A DNA stretch of 64,000 nucleotides, taken from assembly GCF_001447785.1 (NCBI RefSeq), contig NW_015165235.1:1535590-1599589 (forward strand), read 5' to 3'. Source of the stretch: Gekko japonicus. Lineage: Eukaryota. The notes under the pieces were generated by a model that was given only the letters and a program-made list of their open reading frames with translations, searched no databases and had not been told where the DNA came from. Shown here piece by piece: positions 11,680-24,017 of this stretch. A program made the translations under genes and the position numbers. Every line of letters starts with the position of its first letter. The first letter of the stretch is position 1.

Positions 11680-14600
11680 ATGGGCTGCATTCAGTTCAGG
11701 CCACAAGTTTGTTTATTTATTAAATTAGACTAGTTAGGCCACCCTTCCCTGCAAGCAGGGCTCAGGGTGGCTTATATCAATGAAAATAAATATTATTACA
11801 CTTAAAACAGCATTAAAATTATTAAGTAAACTATTGTACACATGTAGGCCTGATCCTGTGCAGAAATAGGCATGTCAAAGCCACTGATATCACACTTAAG
11901 TCTGCAGGAAACTGGGCTGGCAGTTAACAAGTTAGGAGGAGTGCAGCTTGGGTTGGTAGCCCAAAGAAGTTAATCCAAAGTGGAGTATTGTGTTACTGTG
12001 GTTCAGAGGACTGTTCCTGCAGTAGTATCTATTTGTGTCTCAAAGAGAAAAGTACTGATTTTGATACAAAACTGCTAGAATCCTTATGTTCTTGAAAAAG
12101 ACAGGAAGGAAGTCTGACGAATCTGTTAGCTCTCAGAACAGGTCTGGATAATTTATATGAGAATATCATTTTTTCTTGGAATGGATGCAATCTTATGGTT
12201 TTTAATAATAAAAAGTCCCAGTAGTTTTGCACATTTCTGTTCTTTTACTGTTAAGACTCAAGTAGGAAGAATTATTGTTGGAGTTGGCCTTGACTGAATG
12301 TTCCTTGTAGCAACCACAGACAAATACACTCTGCAACCACAGTGCCAAGCCACACTCATATGCTGTCTCTTCAACCTCAGGCCACATTTAACCCTCACCC
12401 ACCCAGAACCACATCCCCCTTCTACGCCACACACAAAGCTTGTATCTAAACATACAATAATGTTTTACAATTGTACAACTTTATAATTATTGTGAACAAG
12501 ATTCAATTTTGTCACTTCAGGCAATGTTTTTGTCTGTTTGACCTACTTATGGTCTAACCCATCTTGTCCAGACCAATACATTGCTGAGGTTCAGCAAGGC
12601 CTCTTTTATCTTTATATTCGAACCCTGATCTTCTCAGTTTATGTGGTGTACTGGTTTAAATGGTGATCTAGGACTGAAAAAGAACCCGGTTCACATACCC
12701 ACTCAGTTATGAAGCTCAATGGGGTGGTGTTGGGACAATTGTATCCTCTCAGCCTAATTTCCATCTCAGGCTTGGTACAGAGGAAGAACAGAGGAGACAA
12801 CCATGTATAAAATATAGTGAGTTCCTTGGAGGAAGGAATAAAAATTAGATAACTTAACACTCCTCAGTCGAATCCTTGCTCCCTTACTATTAAAGAATTA
12901 TTCTTCAACTTTTTCCTTAAAGACAAGAGAAAATTAGGTATTTATACTTTCTTGTTCCAGCTGAAACTCTTGAATATTTTTGCTAACTTCCTCAGGTGGA
13001 AACAATTTTAAAAAACATTTTATCAGTGCAGTCCTAATAAAGTTACACCCTTCTAAGTCCATTGAACTTTACTCAGTATTTCATTTCTATGTCTTTGGGG
13101 CTGTACCATCACTTCAACCTTTTACCATGTTTGTATGATAATCATAAATACCAGTAATACTTTCAGCACTGTGTTCAGGGTCAACATATTCCAGTTTTTC
13201 ACAGCTTGTAATGCTGCTCTGTGTACTTACAGAGAAAACTGCATAGGTGAAGTGAATCCAAACAGTATATCAGTGCAGAGCAAAAACACATACCAGGAAG
13301 GCATATCAGGTAAGAGCAGATACAAACCAGAAGAAAGCCTTGAATAATTGGAAGAATATGCCTGAGTTTTGGTTTCAGTGACATCCTGTTTTGAGAAAGT
13401 GATTCCTACTTGAAAAAGCCTTGCCAGGTGAAACGTGGGACCGTATTGCTAGCGTGCCCGCAGGAGGACTTCATTGGGACCGCTGTCTTTGTATATCAGT
13501 GTTGTGGCTCGGTTGTCCAGTTTCAACTTGGAATGTGACTTCTGTTTCTGAAAATTGAAGACACCCAAGCAACTTCAACAGAGTGACTTATGAGCCTTTG
13601 ATGGACTGTGGGAATGTTTGGTTTTTTGCCCAATGGTTTGAGAATTTGAATTTTGATGTTGTTGGTATATGGATAGCTTTGGAATTTGTATTTATGAATT
13701 TTGTATATGATATAAAATTAATTTTCATAGAATAGTTTGAGTAGTTTAATTATCTTTGTTTAGGTAAAAACTTTTTTTTAACACGCAGCTATTTTGCTGG
13801 TTATGGTAACGTCTGAACTGGCAAATCATGGTTTGTGCTGGCACTCCAAATCACAGCTTTACAGTCCTGTTTTGGAAGGAAGCACAAGAAGCACAAACCT
13901 TGGTTTATCTGCTTGCATGTAATAGTGAACTGTTTGGTTTATTGTAAAGAGAAAGTAACTAATCAAATCAGAGTACAAGAAAGAGGAAGCTGATTTATTG
14001 TTGCAACTGAACCAAACGCACATTGAACAACCACCCAGCTGTTTAAGCTCCCAATAGAAAGTGGTTTGTTAGACTTCCTAAACCAGCTATTAAGACAACT
14101 GATATGCAGTTGATTATGACCTTTTCCATGTAGGTTATTTGCCTCTGGTTCGATGCTGTTGAGAAGCAGGTTTTTCCCGTATTTCTTCACAGCACCGGGG
14201 TGCATTCATGCGCTTCCTAGGTTTTCCCGGCTCTTCTCTGATCTTTCCCAAAGCTGTTTGCTTTGAAGCTTTTGGGAAAGATTGCAGCCAAACCTGGATA
14301 ACCACTGTGTAGGTGAGAAAGTTTTGAATTTTCCAGATCCTGCCTACATGCTGGCTATATCCTATGCGCCACTCCATCCATCCCCTCTGGTCAGCTGTTG
14401 GGCCTTTTTGTTTTAAATCATCAATTAATATAGGTATAACATTATAGCAATCCATGTTTCAGCTCTCAATTAAAACAAAAAAATCTCTAGCTCCTTTTGT
14501 TGCAGAGATATAAGGAGAAAGGCATACCTCTGCCACAAAAGGGGCTAGAGGCTTATTTTCTATTTGAAAGCTAGGAATTCATAGAACCTGATAACACAAA

Positions 14601-15192
14601 TTGTTATAATGATACACAGGGTTTTGTTTTTGTTTTTTAAAAAAAGAGGTGCCGGAACTCTCAAGGGGGAAATTAAGTTTTCAATCTATATACTGAAAAC
14701 TCATGAACTTTGAAACATTTTAAAAAGATTTTTGTGGAAGAGGTTCCAGAATTCCATTCCAGCGCATTCCCCCTGAAAAAAGTATTCAGTTACTAGTTTA
14801 AAGATACTGAAAAGCCCCGGTGGTGGTGGTGGTGGTGGTGGGGGCTGGCCAAAAGACTGGGCAGGGAAACTGAGGGGAAACCTGCCATATGGAGACCCCA
14901 TTGCTGCTGCACTGTATCAGGCACTACAGCATCAATGGAGAAAGCCCACCCCAAATCTCAACGTGACTTTCCTTTGCATAGCAGTGTCTTCCTCATGAAA
15001 CCCAGATTTCTAAGCCATATTCCAGTGTTCTGCATGATGTGTTGAGTTTTTACTCTTCTTCTGCACTCTTGCCTTTCAGTTCTCGTTTGACTTCCTTTGA
15101 TGGATTTTTTTGCCAGCTCTCAGTTCCTTAAGAATGCCTCAACAAGCACACAACATTCTTTAACAGTGCATTCCTAATCAGAAGTACACCCT

Positions 15193-15260
15193 TCTAATGC
15201 CATGGACTTCACTGGACTTCAAAGGATCTAATGCCATGGACTTCACTGGACTTCAAAGGA
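15193..15260 (+). repeat. Perfect 34-bp tandem duplication
   Basis: tctaatgccatggacttcactggacttcaaagga occurs twice. Confidence 0.9.
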
Positions 15261-16141
15261 TATAACTCTCCTTAGGATAGCACTGCAATTCTACCAGAGC
15301 TCCAGTTTTGAGTGCTGTGCCATGATTTTGTCATAACATTTTTTATGTAGTAATGAAGCATTGGGAGTTGCAAGTTTCTCAAGAAAGGCACTGTTTGACA
15401 GTCCGGTGGTGGGACACAGTATTCTCCCCCCCCCCCTTTTAGAAACAGTATTTTATTGAAGTATTTAGTCTGTTACTGCAGAAGATATACAAAACTATAA
15501 GTTCAGCTATAAAGGTCAGGCCTGAAATGGCATGACACTTGCATAACCATGAAACTATAGCCCTTTTGTAGTTTCATGCTAAAACTTAGAAGAGTGTTAG
15601 TGAGGGAGAAGCTTGTGAGTTAGATTCTATAGATGCAAAGATCAAGCATCTTGCCTGCACCCCCCTCCCAACAAAAATCCTTTCCAACTGTCATGGGCAG
15701 CGGCTAGAAAAGCTCTCTAACAGCTGCCACCACTCTGGTATGGGTCTCCTTGGAAGGGCCCAGAGTACCCACTGTTGCCAGCATCCTCAGCCCTGAACCC
15801 AGGGTGGTCTTTTCCAAGAGAGAGACACCCCAAAACAACCTCTGAACCTCCACAAGCAGTGCCCTCATGAACCCAGGCTTGGCTTAAACAGTGGCTTTTG
15901 CTGGGAGGCTAGGAGAACCACTTCTTGGCTGAGAGAATTCTCGAGGCTGGCTGCACTGCCAAGCATCCTGCATGCAAGCAACCCCCCCCCCCCATGACTG
16001 TCCTATCAGCTGAGTCCAAAAAGGACTAGAATGGGCAAGTCTCTGTCCTTGCCTCAGGCATCTTCTACTGACCAAATGGCTAGTCTTTTGTCTGTCAAAT
16101 GTACAGGCAGGCAGGGACAAAAGGCCTCTGGTCTGTGCTAT

Positions 16142-17290
16142 TGTCATGAATGAAGTATGTTGTATGTTTCCATCCCCCTCTCCTGTTTCACCTATATGTC
16201 AGGAAATACCTTTGGAATAATACTCTCATTCCTGTCTCCATACATTTGTCTAAGATATCTGCATTCCTATGCCTGTGCCAGACCTATCAAGGTAAATATT
16301 AACTTTCCATGTCTAGTGAATAGTCACCCATTCAAGTTCATCCTGCCACACATTAAGAAACATCACTTATTTTGTCTGGCACCAGGGAAACACCCGACCA
16401 CTGTATTGTTCCACAGTGGACACCCCCAGCCCAACCATCCAGTACCTGGCTTAATCTCATTATATCCAGACTCTGCCGCTCTTTGGTCACATCAGGCCAT
16501 ACCTCTCCTGACAACCATGCCCCCTGGGACAACAGATTGGCCCAGGTAATTATTGTTCTCATCTGAAACCAGCCATACATTTGTCTAAGATATCTGCATT
16601 CCTATGCCTGTGCCAGACCTATCAAGGTAAATATTAACTTTCCATGTCTAGTGAATAGTCACCCATTCAAGTTCATCCTGCCACACATTAAGAAACATCA
16701 CTTATTTTGTCTGGCACCAGGGAAACACCCGACCACTGTATTGTTCCACAGTGGACACCCCCAGCCCAACCATCCAGTACCTGGCTTAATCTCATTATAT
16801 CCAGACTCTGCCGCTCTGGAAGCTCATTGGTCACATCAGGCTATACCTCTCCTGACAACCATGCCCCCTGGGACACCTGATTGGCCCAGGTAATTATTGT
16901 TCTCACCTGAAACCAGCCCACCCAGGGCCACCCATTGGTCAGCATTGTTTTCCAATGTCTATATCCCTCAGAGCACATGGCGTCAGACTGTGTGCCCCTG
17001 CCCTGATGCCAACTGGCAGTCCACTCCTAAACCTTTAGGGTTTAGGCCATAAACTCATCTCCATGGACTCCTGCACATCTGGACAGGTGGTATCACCCCA
17101 TAACTGACCCCTCTATTCGCTATCAATCACCTCTGCTTTCTTAGTTCTCTATTGTGTGTGTGAATGCTTGATTTTATGTTTGTATGTTTAAGAATCCTTC
17201 AGTAAAGAAATCACTTCTTTAGTAATCCAGCCTCTGCATCTATTTCTGGGACTGGGAATTCTAACTCCAGTATACATGGGTCACGATCCA
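16142..17290 (+). mobile_element. Probable solo LTR with an internal tandem duplication
   Basis: TGTCATGA...TCACGATCCA flanked by TGCTAT on both sides, with an AGTAAA signal near 17201. The right boundary is uncertain. Confidence 0.5.
16238..16916 (+). repeat. Near-perfect tandem duplication (335 + 344 bp)
   Basis: Units start ccatacatttgtctaagatatc at 16238 and 16573 and differ by a few substitutions and a 9-bp indel. Confidence 0.92.
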
Positions 17291-17399
17291 TGCTATATGC
17301 TTATTGCCATTTTATATTCATAATTGCCCAAGCTATTATTAAGAAATAAGACAATTTGGCTAACACCACCCTACCATTTTATAGACTCCTTTTCCGGTA

Positions 17400-17877
17400 G
17401 GTTTCAAAGTGACCAAATGAGGCATGAGGGCCTAGGCAGAGTAACAAACTATTTTTATTAAAGAGATTTAACAACAACTGTAATTCAACAACATATAGGG
17501 GAAATGAGCACAGTAAAGGTAGGTAAACCAGCGAAATAAGAAATCTTGTACTGTCCTAGCCTTCTCTAGGTAGTTGGCCTCAAACGGACTCACTCCTTTT
17601 GGATGTGGGATCCCTCCTGCAGCAGCCTCACCACCTCTGCTCTTGGAGTGAACACCCTCCCACTTTGGGCAAGGCCTTTAATCCTTCTTCCCAGGCACCA
17701 CCCTCTACTCCTCTATTGGTATACGTTTTCCCTTCAAATCCCCTGTTAACCAATCACAGGGTCCAGAATAACTAGGAACTGTAGGCCCTGTAGTCACTCT
17801 AATACAGGCTTCCCTGGAGCCACTAGGCCTCCCTAGAGCCTATAGGTCACACTATTATAGGCCTATGATCACGGCAC
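17400..17877 (-). mobile_element. LTR-like segment
   Basis: Minus strand begins TG and carries CCAAT-type boxes and AATAAA (17454-17459). No TSD was found. Confidence 0.35.
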
Positions 17878-19806
17878 CAACCCTAGGAAAATGGATTCCT
17901 GTCCTCCTGTAACAAAACTGATGTGGACTAATAGCCAGCCAGGTCGGAAGGCTGTGAGGAAGAATGGGGTGAAAACCTGTCTGTTCCATCAATGGAGCTC
18001 CACTGATGAAACAGAGACAAGAGGGTGATTCTCTTCCTCCTCTTTGCAGCCTCCCACTACAAGTCCCACAACCCCAGAAATGGACTTCCTTGGGATCAAA
18101 AATGGTTGCAAGATTGAGATGGGAGATGCAGGTTGCAACCATCAGCACCTTCCACTGGCAGTACACAGGATTCAAACCCCTAGACAAATGCTGTCTTTCC
18201 TGAATGTATTCCTATAGAGCAGTGTTTCCCAACCTGTGGGCTGGGATCCCCGGGGTGGTGGTGAAGTTATTGCAAGAGATCCCCGAATCGATCCAGCTTC
18301 ACAGGTTTTTGCCTTCCCCAACCCATGCCTTCCCCTGGGCTCACCTCCACGGCAGCCATGCCCCCCCCCAGTTCTGTGTTCAGTGAGGTGCTGTCTGGGC
18401 TTCATTGGCCAGCTGTCTTGTTGCAGTGCAGCCACACTTCTTCAGCTGGGTCTGCCTGCTCCAAGTCTCTATGCAGGCAGGCACCTTAGGGCTATCCTTA
18501 GCCAGAGGCCCCCCAAGTGTGCATGAACCCGGTCAGAGCTGCTTGCCTACCCGAGAAGAGAACCACTCCCCATGAGAAGTTTGGGTGGGACATATAGGCT
18601 CCCATTGCCTGCCCGCCCCATCTCCAACAACAGTTGGAAATGCCCATGCCTTGAACATATGCATTGGCTGCAGCTCTGTAAAAAGCCAATGTTTGGCTGA
18701 CAGCTTCCTTATGGGCTCATCAGTTGGCTTCCTACATCTCTGGCGGTTCAGGAAGGCCCAGACTGCATCAGGCAGCTGTCAAGGGCCGGGAGTCTCGCCC
18801 TGGATGCATTGTCTCCCTCTCAACCACCCCAGAGTAGCCCAGCGAGGGAGGAGAGGTCATCCTCAGTCATCTGAAGTGAGGTCTGACTCAAGAAAGCTTA
18901 CGCTGGAATAAATTTTGTTACTTGTTCAGGTGATGCTGAAATTCTCAGTTATTTTGCTGCCTAGATTAGTAATCACTACACTATATACAATCATAAATAG
19001 TTCGGTTAAACCCTTATAAATTCAGATAAATAAGTAGCAGCAAAAAACCCAAAAACCAATAACTTCCCAGTGGAACATGAACCGTAGCAAATAGTGATGC
19101 CAAGAGTAAAAACAACAGAATACCAACATCTGAAATAACAGTCTTATGGCACTAACAAAGTGTAAGTCTTTAAGGTGCCATAAAACTCATTTGCTGTTTG
19201 AGCTGCTGAAGATTAACAGAGTTACCCACTATCAATGAACTAAAAACTCCCAGAGATATAAATTTAATCTTGGCATTGAAAAGAAATCAGGTTTGATAGC
19301 GGGGGAAAGGTTTTAAAGAGGGCAATCCTTACACATGTAAACAATGACATAATATAAAGCAGTGGTTCTCAAACTTTAGATGGGCCCCTCAAGCCCTCTC
19401 CCCCTTCGTCACTGGCGCCTGCCACATACCAAAATCAAAATTCATGTAATAATACTTTTTAGTAGGACTAACCAAAATGACAAAGCATTGTGCTGCCCCA
19501 CAAGACAGCCTTTTTTCAAAGTGTGCACAGAAAGCTGAGCATGCCCTGTCGTCCCTGCTTGAAAACCCTATCCGGGTGGAAAGCCAGCATAGAAATGTAA
19601 TTTTTGTAATGCATTAAACAGTTTTTTAAAAAAAAAAAACACACCAAAATAGTGTATTTTAAAAAACCAAAAAAATATCAGCTACACGTTAAAACAATAA
19701 AACAAGAGTCTAATGCCACTTGAAAGATAAAAAGATCTGATTGCTGTATAAGCTTTTCATGAGCTACAGCCCCCTTGTTCAAGGGGAATGTAGAGGGCCA
19801 TTAGGC

Positions 19807-20164
19807 CAGCCCCGTAGCTAAGGACTTTTTAGGGAGGGGTCCTGGGGGCCCCCGCCTGCTAATCCAATCAAAGGCTCCAGGGCAAGGGCTGCAGCGGCCA
19901 CAGCTTCCCTCCTCCCCTCCCACAAGGGCAGACCTTCCCTGTGGAGCATCTGGGTCCAGCTCCCTCCCTCCCCAAGGAGCGCCAGTGCCTCTTCCCGTGG
20001 CACAGCACCAGGGGCAGCCTCTGAAATCACTCCCCTTGTCCTCCCTGCCAACAGGCTGACAGGCAATCGGGGACTTGGGGTAGGGGACCCGAGGGTCAGG
20101 AAGGGGCCCCATAAAAACTGCTAGGGGGCCAGGGCCAGTTGGCCCCGCGTTAGCTACGGGCCTG
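19807..20164. mobile_element. GC-rich hAT MITE
   Basis: TIRs CAGCCCCGTAGCTAA / TTAGCTACGGGCCTG; perfect TSD CATTAGGC. Confidence 0.88.
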
Positions 20165-20972
20165 CATTAGGCAGACATTTATATATATGGTATGAAAAAA
20201 ACCAACAGCAGGGAGATGGAGGCATGTACAGGGTGAAATATAATTATACAAAATTCATCTGTAATCAAGAAAGTACAAAGGTCATTCGTCTCCCCAAAGT
20301 TACAAACCAAAATAGTTTGTTCTGTCTCTGTGAGGACAAAGCTCCACAATGAAGGTGCCTCTATAGAAAAGGTTTTTTCTTTCTTTTTGTCACCCGTTTA
20401 ACTCTCAAGATGGAACTCTGAGCAGTGTCCCTTGATACATTCTCAGAGTACAGTGTGCTTCACGTTTCTGACAAGTTGGATGATGGTTATGATGGGCTTT
20501 AAAGATGGATGCTTTGTTAAGAAGCTAATTGGAAGGCAGTATTGTGTGCTCCAGTTGGATCATTCCTGCTAATAAGCGACATCTGCATTTGAAACTAATT
20601 GAAGTTTCTTGATCTTCAAAGACAAACCTTGGCAGAGCATTCCAGCCTAGAGATTACAAAAGCACATAAAGCAGTAGTCAAGTTCTATGTAATATTGTCT
20701 AACAGCTGTCCAATTTGTATACATTGAATGACAATCAGAATGTATGGATACAGTCCAGCACAAAATCAAAGATGAGCCATGTCAAAATACAGCTCTATAT
20801 TTGGAATTGTTAAAGCACATTTTGATGGGGCTCTGGAGAATGGATTGCTTCATTCTTAGCTGACCCTGTGAAGTTTTGAAGCATTAACTGTCACTGCTTA
20901 AATCCTTTTAGGGACCAAATACTCAAGAAGCATCTGGAATACGACAAATATAAAGCAGAATGTACAAATGTA

Positions 20973-22911
20973 TTCTTCAAATACATTAGAAGCAGGAAAC
21001 CAGCCAGGGAGGCAGTGGGGCCCTTGGATGACCAAGGGGTAAAAGGAGTACTGAAGGATGATAGGGAAATGGCTGAGAAGCTAAATGCATTTTTTGCCTC
21101 TGTCTTCACTGTGGAAGATGAGAAGTGCTTGCCCACTCCAGAACCGCTGATTTCAGGAGGGGTGTTGAAAGACCTGAGTCAGATTGAGGTGACGAGAGAG
21201 GAGGTCCTAAAACTGATAGACAACTTAAAAACTGATAAATCACCAGGCCCAGATGGCATACTTCTGAGATTTCTGAAAGAACTCAAATGTGAACTTGTGG
21301 GTCTCCTGACAAAAATACGTAATCTTTCCTTAAAATCTGCCTCTATTCCTGAGGACTGGAAGGTAGCTAATGTCACTCCCATCTTTAAAAAGGGTTCCAG
21401 AGGAGATCCGGGAAATTACAGGCCAGTCAGTCTGACGTCGATACCGGGTAAATTGGTGGAAACCATTATTAAGGAAAGAATTAGTAGGCACATAGATGAA
21501 CAAAACCTATTGAGGCAGACTCAACATGGGTTCTGTAAGGGAAGATCTTGTCTCACTAACCTGTTAATGTTCTTTGAGGGGGTGAACAAACATGTGGACA
21601 AGGGGGATCCAATAGATATTGTTTACCTTGACTTCCAGAAAGCTTTTGATAAAGTTCCTCATCAAAGGCTCCTAAGTAAGCTCAAAAATCATGGGATAAA
21701 AGGACAAGTCCTTTTATGGATCAAAAACTGGCTAATTAATAGAAAACAGAGAGTGAGTATAAATGGGCAATTTTCTCAGTGGAGGGTGGTAAGCAGTGGG
21801 GTACCGCAGGGATCAGTACTTGGTCCACTGCTTTTTAACTTGTTCATTAATGATTTGGAGATGGGAGTAAGCAGTGAAGTGGCTAAATTTGCGGATGATA
21901 CAAAGTTGTTCAAGGTGGTGAAAACCAGTGAGGATTGTGAGGCACTCCAAAGGGATCTGTCAAAGATGGGCAAGTGGGCGTCAACATGGCAAATGGGGTT
22001 CAATGTGGCCAAGTGCAAGGTGATGCACATTGGAGCCAAAAATCCTAAATATAAATACACATTGATGGGGTCTGAACTGGCAGAGACAGATCAAGAGAGA
22101 GATCTTGGAGTTGTAGTAGATAACTCACTGAAAATGTCGAGACAGTGTGTGACTGCAATAAAGAAGGCCAATGCTATGCTGGGGATTATTAGGAAGGGTA
22201 TTGAAAACAGATCAGCCAATATAATAATGCCCCTATATAAATCAATGGTGAGACCTCATTTGGAATACTGTGTGCAGTTCTGGGCACCACACCTTAAAAA
22301 GGATATTATAGCTTTGGAAAAAGTGCAGAAAAGGGCAACTCGAATGATAAAAGGGTTGGAACACTTTCCCTATGAGGAAAGGTTAAAGCGCTTAGGGCTC
22401 TTTAGCTTGGAGAAAAGACGACTGAGGGGTGACATGATCGAGGTTTATAAGATTATGCATGGGAAAGAGCAGGTAAAGAAAGAGGTACTTTTCTCCCTTT
22501 CTCACAATACAAGAACTCGTGGGCACTCCATGAAACTGCAGAGCGGTCGGGTTAGAACGGATAAAAGGAAGTACTTCTTCACCCAAAGAGTGATTAACAC
22601 ATGGAATTCACTGCCACAGGAAGTGGTGGGTGCTACAAGCATGGACGGCTTCAAAAGGGAATTAGATAAGCATATGGAGCAGAGGTCCATCAGTGGCTAT
22701 TAGCCACAAGGTATAGCTAGGGGCTCTGGGGCAAGTGATGCTCTGTCTTCTTGGTGCTTGGGGGGGGGTCAACAGTGGGAGGGCTTCTAATGTCCTGGCC
22801 CCACTGGTGGACCTCCTGATGGCACCTGGTATTTCTGGCCACTGTGTGACACAGAGTGTTGGACTGGATGGGCCTTTGGCCTGATCCAACATTGGCGTCT
22901 CTTATGTTCTT
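20973..22911 (+). mobile_element. Young 5'-truncated CR1 LINE with an uninterrupted RT-containing ORF2 fragment (21015-22703)
   Basis: 562-aa frame with PGNYRPVSLTS, YLDFQKAFDKVPH, GVPQGSVLGP, FADDTKL and [11 protein letters not shown]. The CR1 3' UTR ends ...cttatgttctt. Confidence 0.95.
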
Positions 22912-23722
22912 AAACTGTAGCAGTTCTTAAAAATCAAGAGAAATTATGCTTCATTCAGTTCACTAAGTGGGTGTTTCCTTCAACAGCTTATAACTAAGTA
23001 CAAGCAGTTCTGTCAGCTGGAATCTGAATCCCCACATATCTCAGTAAGAGGGTCCCCTGACTTGCTGTTCCCTTCTGTTGAGTTTCCACGATCTGGTGTC
23101 TTCCCAGTCATACCTTTGCTCTTAATTGATACAAATCAGTTCCCTGAGGTCTGCCGTGTTCCTTTCTAGCATCCTCACATGGGACACATGCTCTCTTCAA
23201 AGGCTACTCCCCTCTTGGCTTAGAGCAGGGGTGTCAAACATATGACCCATGGGCTAGAACCAGCCCGTTCAGGGCTCTTATCTGTCCCGCGAGCAATTGA
23301 TTGCTTTTATTGCCAGATGACAGAGGCTGTGCATTATGTCCCTGTGTACTGTCCCAGTGCTAATGTGTAATGGGTGGTGGAAGTGGGAGGGTGGACATCA
23401 GGGAGAGCCTTTTAGGAAATACTGTAATAGTGTTAATGTTTTAAGAATGTTTGTATTTTGAGCAAAAGATAATATCATTAATTGGGTTTGCCTGCCTATA
23501 AAGGTTATATCTCTGGTACTTGGCATTATATTTTATAGCACACAGGGCCCAGCCTGACAAAGTGACATTTATGTCAGATCTGGCCCTCAAACTCAAGAGC
23601 CTGAGTGATGGCAACTGGGAATTTGCAGCAAATATAATTCTGATGCCTTGCTTGCTCCAGAGACTTGTTGTCCACCAAAGCCTAGATGGGGCAACACCAT
23701 GACTCAGAGGTACAGCAAAATA

Positions 23723-24017
23723 AAGAAGAAGAAGAAGAGAAGAAGAGATTGGATTTATACCCTGCCCTTCACTACCCAAAGATGTCTCAGAGCGGCTTAC
23801 AAACTCCTTTCCCTTCCCCTCCCCACAACAGACACCCTGTGAGGTAGGTGGGGCTAAGAGAGCTCTTGACAGAAACTGCTCTTTTTAAAGAACAGCTCTT
23901 ATCAGAACTATGGCTTGCCCAAGGTCACCCAGCCAGGTGCAAGTGGAGGAGTGGGGAATCAAACCCGGTTCTCCCAGATTAAAGTCCGTGCACTTAACCA
24001 CTACACCAAACTGGCTC
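23723..24017 (-). mobile_element. tRNA-derived SINE with a (TTC)n tail (Squam3-like)
   Basis: Head GAGCCAGTTTGGTGTAGTGGTTAAG (A box)...CCGGGTTTGATTCCCC (B box) and a (TTC)n tail. Confidence 0.85.

Noticed and set aside
16157-16893. Duplicated ORFs of 130 and 80 aa
   Set aside because: They are a by-product of the tandem duplication in an LTR-like element and show no protein features.
23940-24017. Possible tRNA gene (also 30890-30957 and 58626-58700)
   Set aside because: These are SINE heads attached to the SINE body and tail, with no complete cloverleaf.
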